NCBI RefSeq assembly: GCF_004353825.1
Contig: NZ_SMNA01000010.1
Coordinates: forward strand, 124,001-188,000
DNA: 64,000 bases
Reading direction: 5' to 3'
Origin: Occultella glacieicola
Lineage (GTDB): Bacteria; Actinomycetota; Actinomycetes; Actinomycetales; Beutenbergiaceae
Shown piece after piece: positions 1 to 10,466 of this stretch. Below the pieces are notes generated by a model that searched no databases, had not been told where the DNA came from, and was given only the letters and a program-made list of their open reading frames with translations. How positions within the stretch are numbered: the first letter of the stretch is position 1; every line of letters begins with the position of its first letter. Position numbers and translations under genes: made by a program.

Positions 1-10
1 CCTCGACGGT

Positions 11-694
11 ATGTCCTTCCTCGCGCGCCTCAAGGAGATGTTCGCCCGACCGGAGCCGGCTCCGGGACCGGGGGCGCGGCGCCCCAGCCACGCCCCGCTG
101 CCGGCCGACGCCGGCCAGGAGGACCGCCTGCGGGAGAAGCTGGCGGGGGACCCGAACGACGTCGACGCGTTCAACGAACTTGCCGAACTCGTCCGGCGCC
201 GGGCCGCCGAGGTCGAGCAGCCGGACCCGCTCACCGCCGAGACCGGCCCGATCCGGGCTCAGGCCGCGGACACCGCGCACTGGGCGCTCGCCGAGGAGCT
301 GGCCGGCCGACCCACGGCCTGGTACCCGCTCGTCGAGCTCGCTCGACTGTCCCTCCTGGATGACAAGGAGGGTGCGATGCGCCGCCTCGGGGCCGCCTGC
401 GAGCGGGACCCGAGCGGGCGGGCGCTCGTCGCGGGCGTCCGGATGCTCCGGGACGCGCACATGCCCGCGGACGCGCTCGGGCTGGGTGTGGGGCACTGGT
501 CGCCCGCCGATCAGGACGCGGAGGCCGGCCGTCAGGTGATCCGGGCCGCGCTCGACGCCGGCCGCCCGACAGACGCCCGACGGCACCTGAGTGCCCTCGC
601 CGAATACGGGGCGGACCGCCCCGGCACCGCCGGAGTGGTCGCCGAGCTGGAACCCTTCGTCGCCGCCGCGGAGGCGAGCACGCAGACCTCCTGA
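11..694 (+). CDS. Conserved hypothetical all-helical (TPR-like) protein
   Basis: 227-aa ORF with high-GC codon usage and helical repeat-like pattern (DPNDVDAFNELAELV; AWYPLVELARL). Confidence 0.7.
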   Translation: MSFLARLKEMFARPEPAPGPGARRPSHAPLPADAGQEDRLREKLAGDPNDVDAFNELAELVRRRAAEVEQPDPLTAETGPIRAQAADTAHWALAEELAGRPTAWYPLVELARLSLLDDKEGAMRRLGAACERDPSGRALVAGVRMLRDAHMPADALGLGVGHWSPADQDAEAGRQVIRAALDAGRPTDARRHLSALAEYGADRPGTAGVVAELEPFVAAAEASTQTS

Positions 695-720
695 GCCCCC
701 GCCGTCGGCCCTCTTCGACC

Positions 721-1440
721 TCAGCCGACCGGGTCGCCCCGCACGCCGAAACGGACCACCTCGACCGTGGCGGTCGGGGCCAGGTCCGGATAGTGGCCTC
801 GGAGGCCCTCGCGCAGGCGCTCCAGCGACTCGGGGGAGTCGACCCCGGCCTCCTCCGGCCGGAGGAGATCGAGCCGGTGGGAAGCCACCGAGTGCACCTC
901 TCCCGCGAGCGTGCGCGGCGGGTCGTCCTCGAAGACGAGGAGCGCAGGCCCGACGGCGACCGGATCGTCATGCCGGACGGTCACGGTCTTGCGGCCGGTC
1001 GCCACGTCGTCGTAGTAGCGCTTGTTGAAGCGCACCAGGCGCGCGGGTCGGGCGTCGCGGTGGTTGTAGGTCTGCGGTAGGAGTGCCCGGAGGGTGCGTA
1101 GCTCCGGCCCGTTCGCAGCGGGCACGGCCACCAGGATGTCCGGGTGGAGCTCGACCAGGACCTGTCGGCACCGGCCACACGGCTCGATGACGCCACGGCC
1201 GCCGTCGCCCGCTGCGGCGATGGTCAGCAGCGGGCCGGCGTCCGCTGCGGCCGCCACCCCGAGCGCGACCAGTTCGGCGCACGGGCCGCCGGTGAAGTGG
1301 TACACGTTGACGCCGGTGTGGATCCGCCCCCGGGTGTCCATCACGGCGGCCGCAACGGTGTGGTTCAGGTCGGCGCCGAGCCGCCCGGCCAGGGCCACGG
1401 CCGCGTCGACCACGCGGCGTTCGGGCTCGAGGAGGTCCAT
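721..1440 (-). CDS. Cytidine/blasticidin S deaminase-like domain fused to C-terminal ASCH domain
   Basis: Zn motifs CAE and PCGRC; ASCH signature GRKTVTVR; ATG at 1440. Confidence 0.85.
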   Translation of the reverse strand: MDLLEPERRVVDAAVALAGRLGADLNHTVAAAVMDTRGRIHTGVNVYHFTGGPCAELVALGVAAAADAGPLLTIAAAGDGGRGVIEPCGRCRQVLVELHPDILVAVPAANGPELRTLRALLPQTYNHRDARPARLVRFNKRYYDDVATGRKTVTVRHDDPVAVGPALLVFEDDPPRTLAGEVHSVASHRLDLLRPEEAGVDSPESLERLREGLRGHYPDLAPTATVEVVRFGVRGDPVG

Positions 1441-1577
1441 GCGGCCATCCTGCCGCACGGGGCCGATGCCCCACGTTCGGCGGCGTACCGCCGACCAGGG
1501 CGCCGTCGACGACGAACGCCGACCCCCGCCGTCGGGCGGCAGGGATCGGCGTCCGAAGAACGGAACCCGTCAGGCGA

Positions 1578-4322
<2,745 letters not shown>

Positions 4323-4598
4323 GACTCTCTTCTCTCCGGCGCCTGGGTCGGCGCCACAGTTACAGCTGCCGCCCCCGACGGGCGGGCGGCACGTGTGGTG
4401 CGGTACTGACGATCCTATGGGGGACGCTTGGGTAAGTGGAGTCCGAAGCAGCAGATGTGACGCGACCGACAGTGGCCCACCATAGGATCGGGTCACCGCT
4501 CGGCCTTGCGCCGAGACCCGCCGTGCGGTGGGGTAGGACCTCAACCGCCGGAAGCGGCGGGAACGATGAGTAGTCGAGCAAACGAAGGAGTACCAGAC

Positions 4599-5042
4599 GT
4601 GGAAGCGACCGCGGGTTCCGTGGGCAGTCCCTCCGGCAACCAGTCGACCTCGAAATTCGGGGTGGGCAGCGGGCAGGTCATCCAGGAGTTCGGTTACGAC
4701 GACGACGTCGACGAGGACCTCCGCGCGGACCTCGAGCAGGCGTCCGGTCACGAACTCGTCGACGAGTACTACGACGACGTCACCGACGCCGCCATCCTGT
4801 GGTGGCGCGAGGACGACGGCGACGTCCAGGACCTCACCGACCTGATGATCAACGCCCAGGAGATGCTCGAGGGCGCCGGCCTCATCTGGGTGTTCACGCC
4901 CAAGTCCGGCCGGGACGGGCACGTGCCGCCCGGCGAGATCGACGAGGCCGCGAGCACCGCCGGCCTGCACGCCACCAGCGCCATCTCGGCGGCCGTGAAC
5001 TGGTCCGGGATCCGGCTGACCGCGCGCGGACGCGGCAAGTGA
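4599..5042 (+). CDS. DUF3052 domain-containing protein
   Basis: [35 protein letters not shown] before GTG; usual position divergent from aceE. Confidence 0.9.
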   Translation: MEATAGSVGSPSGNQSTSKFGVGSGQVIQEFGYDDDVDEDLRADLEQASGHELVDEYYDDVTDAAILWWREDDGDVQDLTDLMINAQEMLEGAGLIWVFTPKSGRDGHVPPGEIDEAASTAGLHATSAISAAVNWSGIRLTARGRGK

Positions 5043-5506
5043 CCAACGTGCCGGAACCGGGCGACCTCGCTCCGGACTTCACGGCCGAGGACACCCACGG
5101 CACCCCGGTCTCGCTGTCCGCGCTGCGTGGTACGCCGGTGGCGCTGGTGTTCTTCCCGTTCGCGTTCTCGGGGATCTGCACCGGCGAACTCTGCGAACTT
5201 CGGGACAACCTCTCCTCGTTCGAGCGCGCCGGGGTGCGCCTGCTCGGGATCAGTTGCGACTCGAAGTTCGCGCTGCGGGCCTGGGGCGAGCAGGAACGGT
5301 TCGGCTTCGACCTGATCAGCGACTTCTGGCCGCACGGGCAGATCGCGCGCTCCTACGGGGTCTTCGACTCCGGGTCCGGCCTGGCCCTGCGCGGCAGCCT
5401 GCTCCTCGACGCCGACGGCGTGGTGCGCTGGTCCGTGCTCAACCCCCGCGGGCAGGCCCGCCCGCTGGCGGCCTACCTGCAGGCCCTCGACGACCTCGCC
5501 GCATGA
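5039..5506 (+). CDS. Peroxiredoxin (AhpE-like, AhpC/TSA family)
   Basis: [15 protein letters not shown] peroxidatic motif, SDFWPHG; GTGA overlap with upstream stop. Confidence 0.92.
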   Translation: MTNVPEPGDLAPDFTAEDTHGTPVSLSALRGTPVALVFFPFAFSGICTGELCELRDNLSSFERAGVRLLGISCDSKFALRAWGEQERFGFDLISDFWPHGQIARSYGVFDSGSGLALRGSLLLDADGVVRWSVLNPRGQARPLAAYLQALDDLAA

Positions 5507-6306
5507 GGCAGACGCGGCGACAACGACAGGTCGCCGCCGGTGCGGGCGGGGCGTACCTGCGCCCCGGGCCGCTCGCGCTGGCCCACCGCGGCGGCGCCGG
5601 CCTCGAACTGAACGTCGGGATCGAGAACTCCCTGCGGGCCGTGCGCAACGCCGTCGACCTCGGCTTCACCTATGTCGAGACGGACGTGCGCGCAAGCGCC
5701 GACGGCGTCCCATTCGTCGTGCATGACCCGGACCTCTCCCGGGTGGTGGGGTCCGCCGTCGACGTGCATGCGCTGAGCGCGGCCGACCTGCGGTCGGCCA
5801 CGCTCGCCGGCGGCGAGTCCATCCCGACGCTGGCGGAGCTCCTCGAGGAGTTCGGCGACACCCGGTTCAACATCGACGTCAAGTCCGACGATGTGGTGGC
5901 GCCCGCGCTCGCGGTGATCGAGGCGCAGCGGGCGTTCGACCGGGTCCTGGTCGCCGCGTTCGACCACCGGCGGCTGCAGCGGGTCCGACGTGCGTACCCG
6001 GAGGCGGCCACCTCGGCCTCGCCGCTGGAGACGGCGTCCCTGCGGTGGGGCGTCGGCGGCACCCGGGCGCTCGCGGCCCGCAACGGCGTCGTGTGCCTGC
6101 AGGTGCCGACGACGTTCCGCGGCCGGCCGCTGGTGACGCCGGGGTTCATCGCGAACGCGCACCGGTATGGGCTGCAGGTGCATGTGTGGACCATCGACGA
6201 CGCGGCCACCATGATCACCCTCCTCGACCTCGGCGTGGACGGCATCGTCGCCGACCGCATCGACGTGCTCAAGGACGTCCTCGTCGCTCGAGGCCAGTGG
6301 CCATGA
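5503..6306 (+). CDS. Glycerophosphodiester phosphodiesterase
   Basis: AHRGG, ENS, ETDV, HD, VHVWTID, GVDGIVADR; ATGA overlap. Confidence 0.92.
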   Translation: MRQTRRQRQVAAGAGGAYLRPGPLALAHRGGAGLELNVGIENSLRAVRNAVDLGFTYVETDVRASADGVPFVVHDPDLSRVVGSAVDVHALSAADLRSATLAGGESIPTLAELLEEFGDTRFNIDVKSDDVVAPALAVIEAQRAFDRVLVAAFDHRRLQRVRRAYPEAATSASPLETASLRWGVGGTRALAARNGVVCLQVPTTFRGRPLVTPGFIANAHRYGLQVHVWTIDDAATMITLLDLGVDGIVADRIDVLKDVLVARGQWP

Positions 6307-7196
6307 CGGCGGTGGAATCGGCCGGGGGCCTCGAGGCGGACGCACTGGACCTGTACTACGCCAGGATGTCCGCCTCGATCGGCGACAAGGCCGAGATGGT
6401 GCGGCACGTGCGGCCGGGCCGGGCCCTCGACGTCGGATGCGGCTCGGGGGAGCTGCTGGACGTGCTCGCCGCCGCCGGGCACGAGGTGGTCGGGCTGGAC
6501 CCGGCGCCGGAGTCCGTGCGCCGGGCCGGAGCCCGCAACGTCCACCTGGCCTACGCCGACGAGGCCGCGGAGGTCTGCGGGCCGCACAGCCTGGACACCG
6601 TGGTCTGCTCCTCGGTGCTGCACGAGGTGTTCTCCTACGGCAATGCGGACGCGGTGGTCGGTCGAGAGTCCTCGGTCTCCGCGGCCCTGGTGGCGTTCCG
6701 ACGGGCGTTGGTGCCGGGCGGCCGGCTGATCGTGCGGGACGGCGTGATGCCGGCGCCGGGGCCCGCGCGGATCCGCGTCGACGAGCCGGGCGCCGTGGAG
6801 CGGTTCCTACGGCACTCGCCGTTCCGGCGCGGCCACGGCACAGACCGTGAGATCCACCTCGAGCAGGTCGGCCCGGACGCGTTCGAGGGCGAGTTCTCCT
6901 CCGCGATGGAGTTCGCGTTCACCTACACCTGGGGCGAGCGGTCCTTCGCCCGGGAGGTGCGCGAGTTCTACGGGGTGTTCCGGCTCGCCGAGTATGCCCG
7001 CTTCGTGCAGGCCCACGGCTTCCGGCTCGTCTGCGCCCGCGAGTACGTGCAGCCCGGTTACCGCGATCATCTGGCCGGACGGGTGTCCTTCGACCGGGAC
7101 TTCCCGGCGTCGAACGGGCTGTGGGTCTACGAGGTCGACGGCGGCGCGGGCCGGGAGCGGACGGTTGCTAGGATTGGTCCCCGCCAGGGCCTATAG
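6303..7196 (+). CDS. Class I SAM-dependent methyltransferase
   Basis: Motif I ALDVGCGSG, SSVLHE, LVPGGRLIVRD; stop codon lies inside the tRNA gene. Confidence 0.85.
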   Translation: MTAVESAGGLEADALDLYYARMSASIGDKAEMVRHVRPGRALDVGCGSGELLDVLAAAGHEVVGLDPAPESVRRAGARNVHLAYADEAAEVCGPHSLDTVVCSSVLHEVFSYGNADAVVGRESSVSAALVAFRRALVPGGRLIVRDGVMPAPGPARIRVDEPGAVERFLRHSPFRRGHGTDREIHLEQVGPDAFEGEFSSAMEFAFTYTWGERSFAREVREFYGVFRLAEYARFVQAHGFRLVCAREYVQPGYRDHLAGRVSFDRDFPASNGLWVYEVDGGAGRERTVARIGPRQGL

Positions 7197-7260
7197 CTCA
7201 GTTGGTTAGAGCGTCGCGTTTACACCGCGGATGTCGGGGGTTCGAGTCCCTCTGGGCCCA
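7187..7260 (+). tRNA. tRNA-Val (anticodon TAC)
   Basis: Acceptor GGGCCTA/TGGGCCC-A, D arm AGCTCAGTTGGTTAGAGC, anticodon arm TCGCG-TTTACAC-CGCGG, T loop GTTCGAGTC; complete CCA not encoded. Confidence 0.97.
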
Positions 7261-7320
7261 CCGGTACCCGATCCTTGCCCGTCCTGGGGTCACGGCACGG
7301 GTCGGCGGAGGTCGGGCGAT

Positions 7321-7434
7321 GGCGCCGAGCGAGCCGACGCAAGAGACATCACCCGGATCTGGCAGCAGGGCTGGGCCGACGCCCACCTCGCTCACGTTCC
7401 GGCCACCTTGGTGACGGCCCGGACCTCCGCCTCG
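7321..7434 (+). pseudogene. N-terminal remnant of a GNAT acetyltransferase
   Basis: ADARDITRIWQQGWADAHLAHVPATLVTART resembles GNAT N-termini; no start or acetyl-CoA motif. Confidence 0.5.
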
Positions 7435-7570
7435 CGGGCCGCCGCTGCCCAGCAGCGACCGACCGGCCGGCCGGTGATGACCTCCCAGGTCATTGCCCGG
7501 GTCCGCTGCGCCCGTGCACCCTGGGTCCTCCAGGCGGCCGCACAGGCCGCCGTCCCCTGAGGAGGCCGAC

Positions 7571-8197
7571 ATGTTGCTGATCGAGATCGCCCATCCGGCC
7601 GGCCGGCTGACGCCCGCGGACCACGACCTGCTCGGCGAGGCCGTTGTGGGGCTGTTCCTCGCTCCCGAGGGCCACGCCGAGGAGACGTCGGTCCGGGCGC
7701 GGGGCGCCACGCACATCGCGTTTCGGGAACTGAGCGGCTGGCGCACCGGGCACGGTGTACCCGCCGCCGACGCCGCGCCGCCGCTGATCATCACCGTGAC
7801 GGTTCCGCGCTCGTGGCGCGACGAGGCCGGGGGCACGTTCATCGGTCTGCTGCGGCACGCCGTCAGGCGGTTGGACGACGCCCGCGGCTGGCACCGCACC
7901 GAGGGGAGCCTGTGGGTCCGGGTGGTCGGCGTGGCCGACGGTGACATCGGCCTGGACGGGCGGCCCGCCACCGGCGCGGACGTCGTGGACTTCCTCACCG
8001 AGGACTTCAGGTCCGCCCTCGCGAACGGGTCCGTGGCGCCGCCGCCCGCGGGAAAACTGCTCGACCCGGTCTGCGGGATGACGGTGCCCGACGGCCGGGG
8101 TGCCATCGTGCTCGAGCACGACGGGCGGCGGTGGGGGTTCTGCGCCGCCGGCTGCCGAGATGCGTACCTGCGCGAGCACCCGGCGGCCGTGGCCTGA
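7571..8197 (+). CDS. Tautomerase-like domain fused to C-terminal YHS domain
   Basis: RBS GAGGAGG; DPVCGMTV...FCAAGCRDAY YHS motif; N-terminal beta-alpha-beta pattern. Confidence 0.75.
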   Translation: MLLIEIAHPAGRLTPADHDLLGEAVVGLFLAPEGHAEETSVRARGATHIAFRELSGWRTGHGVPAADAAPPLIITVTVPRSWRDEAGGTFIGLLRHAVRRLDDARGWHRTEGSLWVRVVGVADGDIGLDGRPATGADVVDFLTEDFRSALANGSVAPPPAGKLLDPVCGMTVPDGRGAIVLEHDGRRWGFCAAGCRDAYLREHPAAVA

Positions 8198-8210
8198 CCG
8201 ACCGGCGCGT

Positions 8211-8348
8211 CGTCAGGAGCTGGCCCGGGTGCTCGACCCGGAGGTGGCCGTCGCGGACGGCGTGGTGGACCTCGAGGGCGATCCCGCGCTCCTGGCGCAC
8301 TTCGTCGCCACCGTCACCGTTCCCTATTCCGCGGCCGTGGTCGGCTGA
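8211..8348 (+). pseudogene. C-terminal remnant of an SCP2-like domain protein
   Basis: LDPEVAVADGVVDLEGDPALLAHF resembles SCP2 C-termini; no credible start. Confidence 0.4.
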
Positions 8349-8920
8349 ACGGAGCCCCGGCCGCGCTCGGGCCTGGCGGCCTGGAGGCGCGCCTTCTTCT
8401 GACGATTACCGCACGTGTTCATGTCGCACCACCTGCGGGTGCGGCTCTGGCTGGTGTCGAAGAAGGCAGCCCGGCAGGTCGGCGATGTGCAGAGGGCCAG
8501 CCGGCCATCCCGTGCACCCGAGAGAATGCCGATCGCGTCGGCGGCGATCACGACCAGGGCATCCTCAACGGACGGTGTCGAGCCGAGTTGCCAGCGCCGA
8601 TGGCCCTCGGGTGTCAGAACGGCCGCGGCCCGGCCCTGGGTGCTGCAGTCATTGATGATCCGGACGGCGGGCGCGGGGAGTGGCTCTCGGCGCGCGCCCG
8701 CGGTGGCGGCGGCGTGGATCGACTCCCTGAGTTCCCGCGCGCGGTCGAGCTGGGCGTGGCTGCAGGACTCCACGGGCAGGCCGCTCACCGCCAGCCAGTC
8801 GCGGAGCCGGCTCGGCGTCGGAATGCGCTCCACGGCGACGCCACGTCGCTCGGTCAGGGTTGCCGTGAAGCTCGTCGCCAGCACCTTGCCGAGCCGGAAG
8901 TCGGGGAACCGAGCGGACAT
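8324..8920 (-). CDS. ABATE/CGNR zinc finger putative regulator
   Basis: CTSPTC...FFDTSQSRTRRWCDMNTCGNRQK. Confidence 0.93.
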   Translation of the reverse strand: MSARFPDFRLGKVLATSFTATLTERRGVAVERIPTPSRLRDWLAVSGLPVESCSHAQLDRARELRESIHAAATAGARREPLPAPAVRIINDCSTQGRAAAVLTPEGHRRWQLGSTPSVEDALVVIAADAIGILSGARDGRLALCTSPTCRAAFFDTSQSRTRRWCDMNTCGNRQKKARLQAARPERGRGSVQPTTAAE

Positions 8921-8922
8921 GG

Positions 8923-8981
8923 AACCACCTTAGCCGGTTGCGGTCTATGATCGCCCACTGGTAGAACCGTCTTAGCCGGTT
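8923..8981. promoter_or_regulatory. Two 17-bp operator-like repeats AACC(A/G)(C/T)CTTAGCCGGTT flanking a TATGAT -10 box
   Basis: Copies at 8923-8939 and 8965-8981; TATGAT at 8946-8951. Confidence 0.65.
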
Positions 8982-9020
8982 CGCAGATTCCACCGGCTCA
9001 CCGATGGCGAGGAGCAGTTC

Positions 9021-10202
9021 ATGGACCGCCGAACCAGCGACGTCCAACCATTCGAAGCACACGCGAGCGACGCCGATCTCGCCGACCTGCGCGCGCGACT
9101 GGCCGCCGCGCGGCTGCCCGAGGCCGAGACCGTGCACGGGGCCGCGCCCGGTCGGCGCCGATGGGACCAGGGAGTACCGCTGGCCGACCTGGTGGACGTC
9201 GTGGAGTACTGGCGCACCGGGTACGACTGGCGCTCGTTCGAGACACGCCTCAACCGTCTCGGCCAGTTCCGCACGAGCATCGACGATCTGGGAATCCACT
9301 TCCTGCACCGCAGATCCACCCGAGCGGACGCCACTCCACTGCTCCTGACGCACGGATGGCCCGGCAGCATCGCCGAGTTCACCGACGTGATCGACGAACT
9401 CGCGGATCCGACGCACGCGGACGCGCCGGCCTTCCACGTCGTCGCCCCGTCGCTGCCGGGATTCGGCTACAGCGACAGGCCGGCAACCACCGGCTGGGGG
9501 ACCGAGAAGATCGCGGCCGCCTGGGTCGAACTCATGGGACGGCTCGGCTATGACCGGTTCGCCGCCCACGGTGGCGACTGGGGAGGCAACATCACCACGG
9601 TCCTCGGCGGCCGGTTCCCGGAGCACGTGCTCGGCATCCACACCACGTTCGCGGAAGCGCCGCCCGGGTTGAGCACCGACGGACTGACTACCCTCGAACG
9701 CCAGTGGACCGAGGACACCCGCGACTTCTGGCTCCACCGCGCGGCGTACGCGAAACAGCAGGCGACCCGGCCGCAGACCATCGGCTACTCGCTCGTCGAC
9801 TCGCCGGTCGGACTGCTCGCCTGGATCCTGGACAAGTTCGCCGAGTGGACGGATACCGAGGACAGCCCGTTCGAGACGATCCCCAGGGACCGGATCCTCG
9901 ACGATGTCACCCTGTACTGGCTCACGCGCACCGGCGCGTCGGCGGCCCGGATCTACTACGAGAGCCACAACTCGTTGGACCCCGAACTGCGGGTCGACGT
10001 CCCGTCCGCGATCACCATGTATCCCCGCGACATCGAGAAGTGCCCGCGCCCCTGGGCGCGGGAACGGTACCGACAGATCGTCCGATGGAGTGCGCCCGAC
10101 GCCGGTGGACACTTCCCGTCGCTGGAGGTTCCCGAGGACTTCGTCAACGACCTGCAGGGGGGTCTCGCGGCCGTGCTGGCGGCCGGCGGACGCCGGTCAT
10201 GA
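9021..10202 (+). CDS. Epoxide hydrolase (EHN domain, alpha/beta hydrolase)
   Basis: YWRTGYDWR, HGWPGS, PSLPGFGYS, nucleophile GGDWG, catalytic GGHF. Confidence 0.93.
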   Translation: MDRRTSDVQPFEAHASDADLADLRARLAAARLPEAETVHGAAPGRRRWDQGVPLADLVDVVEYWRTGYDWRSFETRLNRLGQFRTSIDDLGIHFLHRRSTRADATPLLLTHGWPGSIAEFTDVIDELADPTHADAPAFHVVAPSLPGFGYSDRPATTGWGTEKIAAAWVELMGRLGYDRFAAHGGDWGGNITTVLGGRFPEHVLGIHTTFAEAPPGLSTDGLTTLERQWTEDTRDFWLHRAAYAKQQATRPQTIGYSLVDSPVGLLAWILDKFAEWTDTEDSPFETIPRDRILDDVTLYWLTRTGASAARIYYESHNSLDPELRVDVPSAITMYPRDIEKCPRPWARERYRQIVRWSAPDAGGHFPSLEVPEDFVNDLQGGLAAVLAAGGRRS

Positions 10203-10259
10203 GGTCGGCGACGTTCGTTCCTGCCCGCTCAAGCCCCGGGTTCGGCTCGGGAGCCGATC

Positions 10260-10369
10260 GCGTCTCCTCGATGGTCTGGACGTAGGTGAACTTCGGCCAG
10301 AACAGGTCGCCCGGGGCCGGCGATGAATCCGTCGAGGGAGATCGACATGTCGAGGATCGTCCTGGGCAT
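10260..10369 (-). pseudogene. Internally deleted dihydrofolate reductase-like (RibD C-terminal) gene
   Basis: AAGGAG RBS, MPRTILDMSISLDGFIAGP, then FTYVQTIEE in another frame. Confidence 0.6.
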
Positions 10370-10466
10370 TGAGTGCTCCTTCGCCGTCGCGGGTCGGCTT
10401 CCGGACTCCATCCTGAACACGATGGTAGGGCGCGGCCGCGACCCACGCCTGATCCGGTCGTGGCGG

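Noticed and set aside
4323..4970. 216-codon N-terminal extension of aceE in the ORF track
   Set aside because: It overlaps the DUF3052 gene antisense; the recognisable AceE sequence starts at the GTG at 4322
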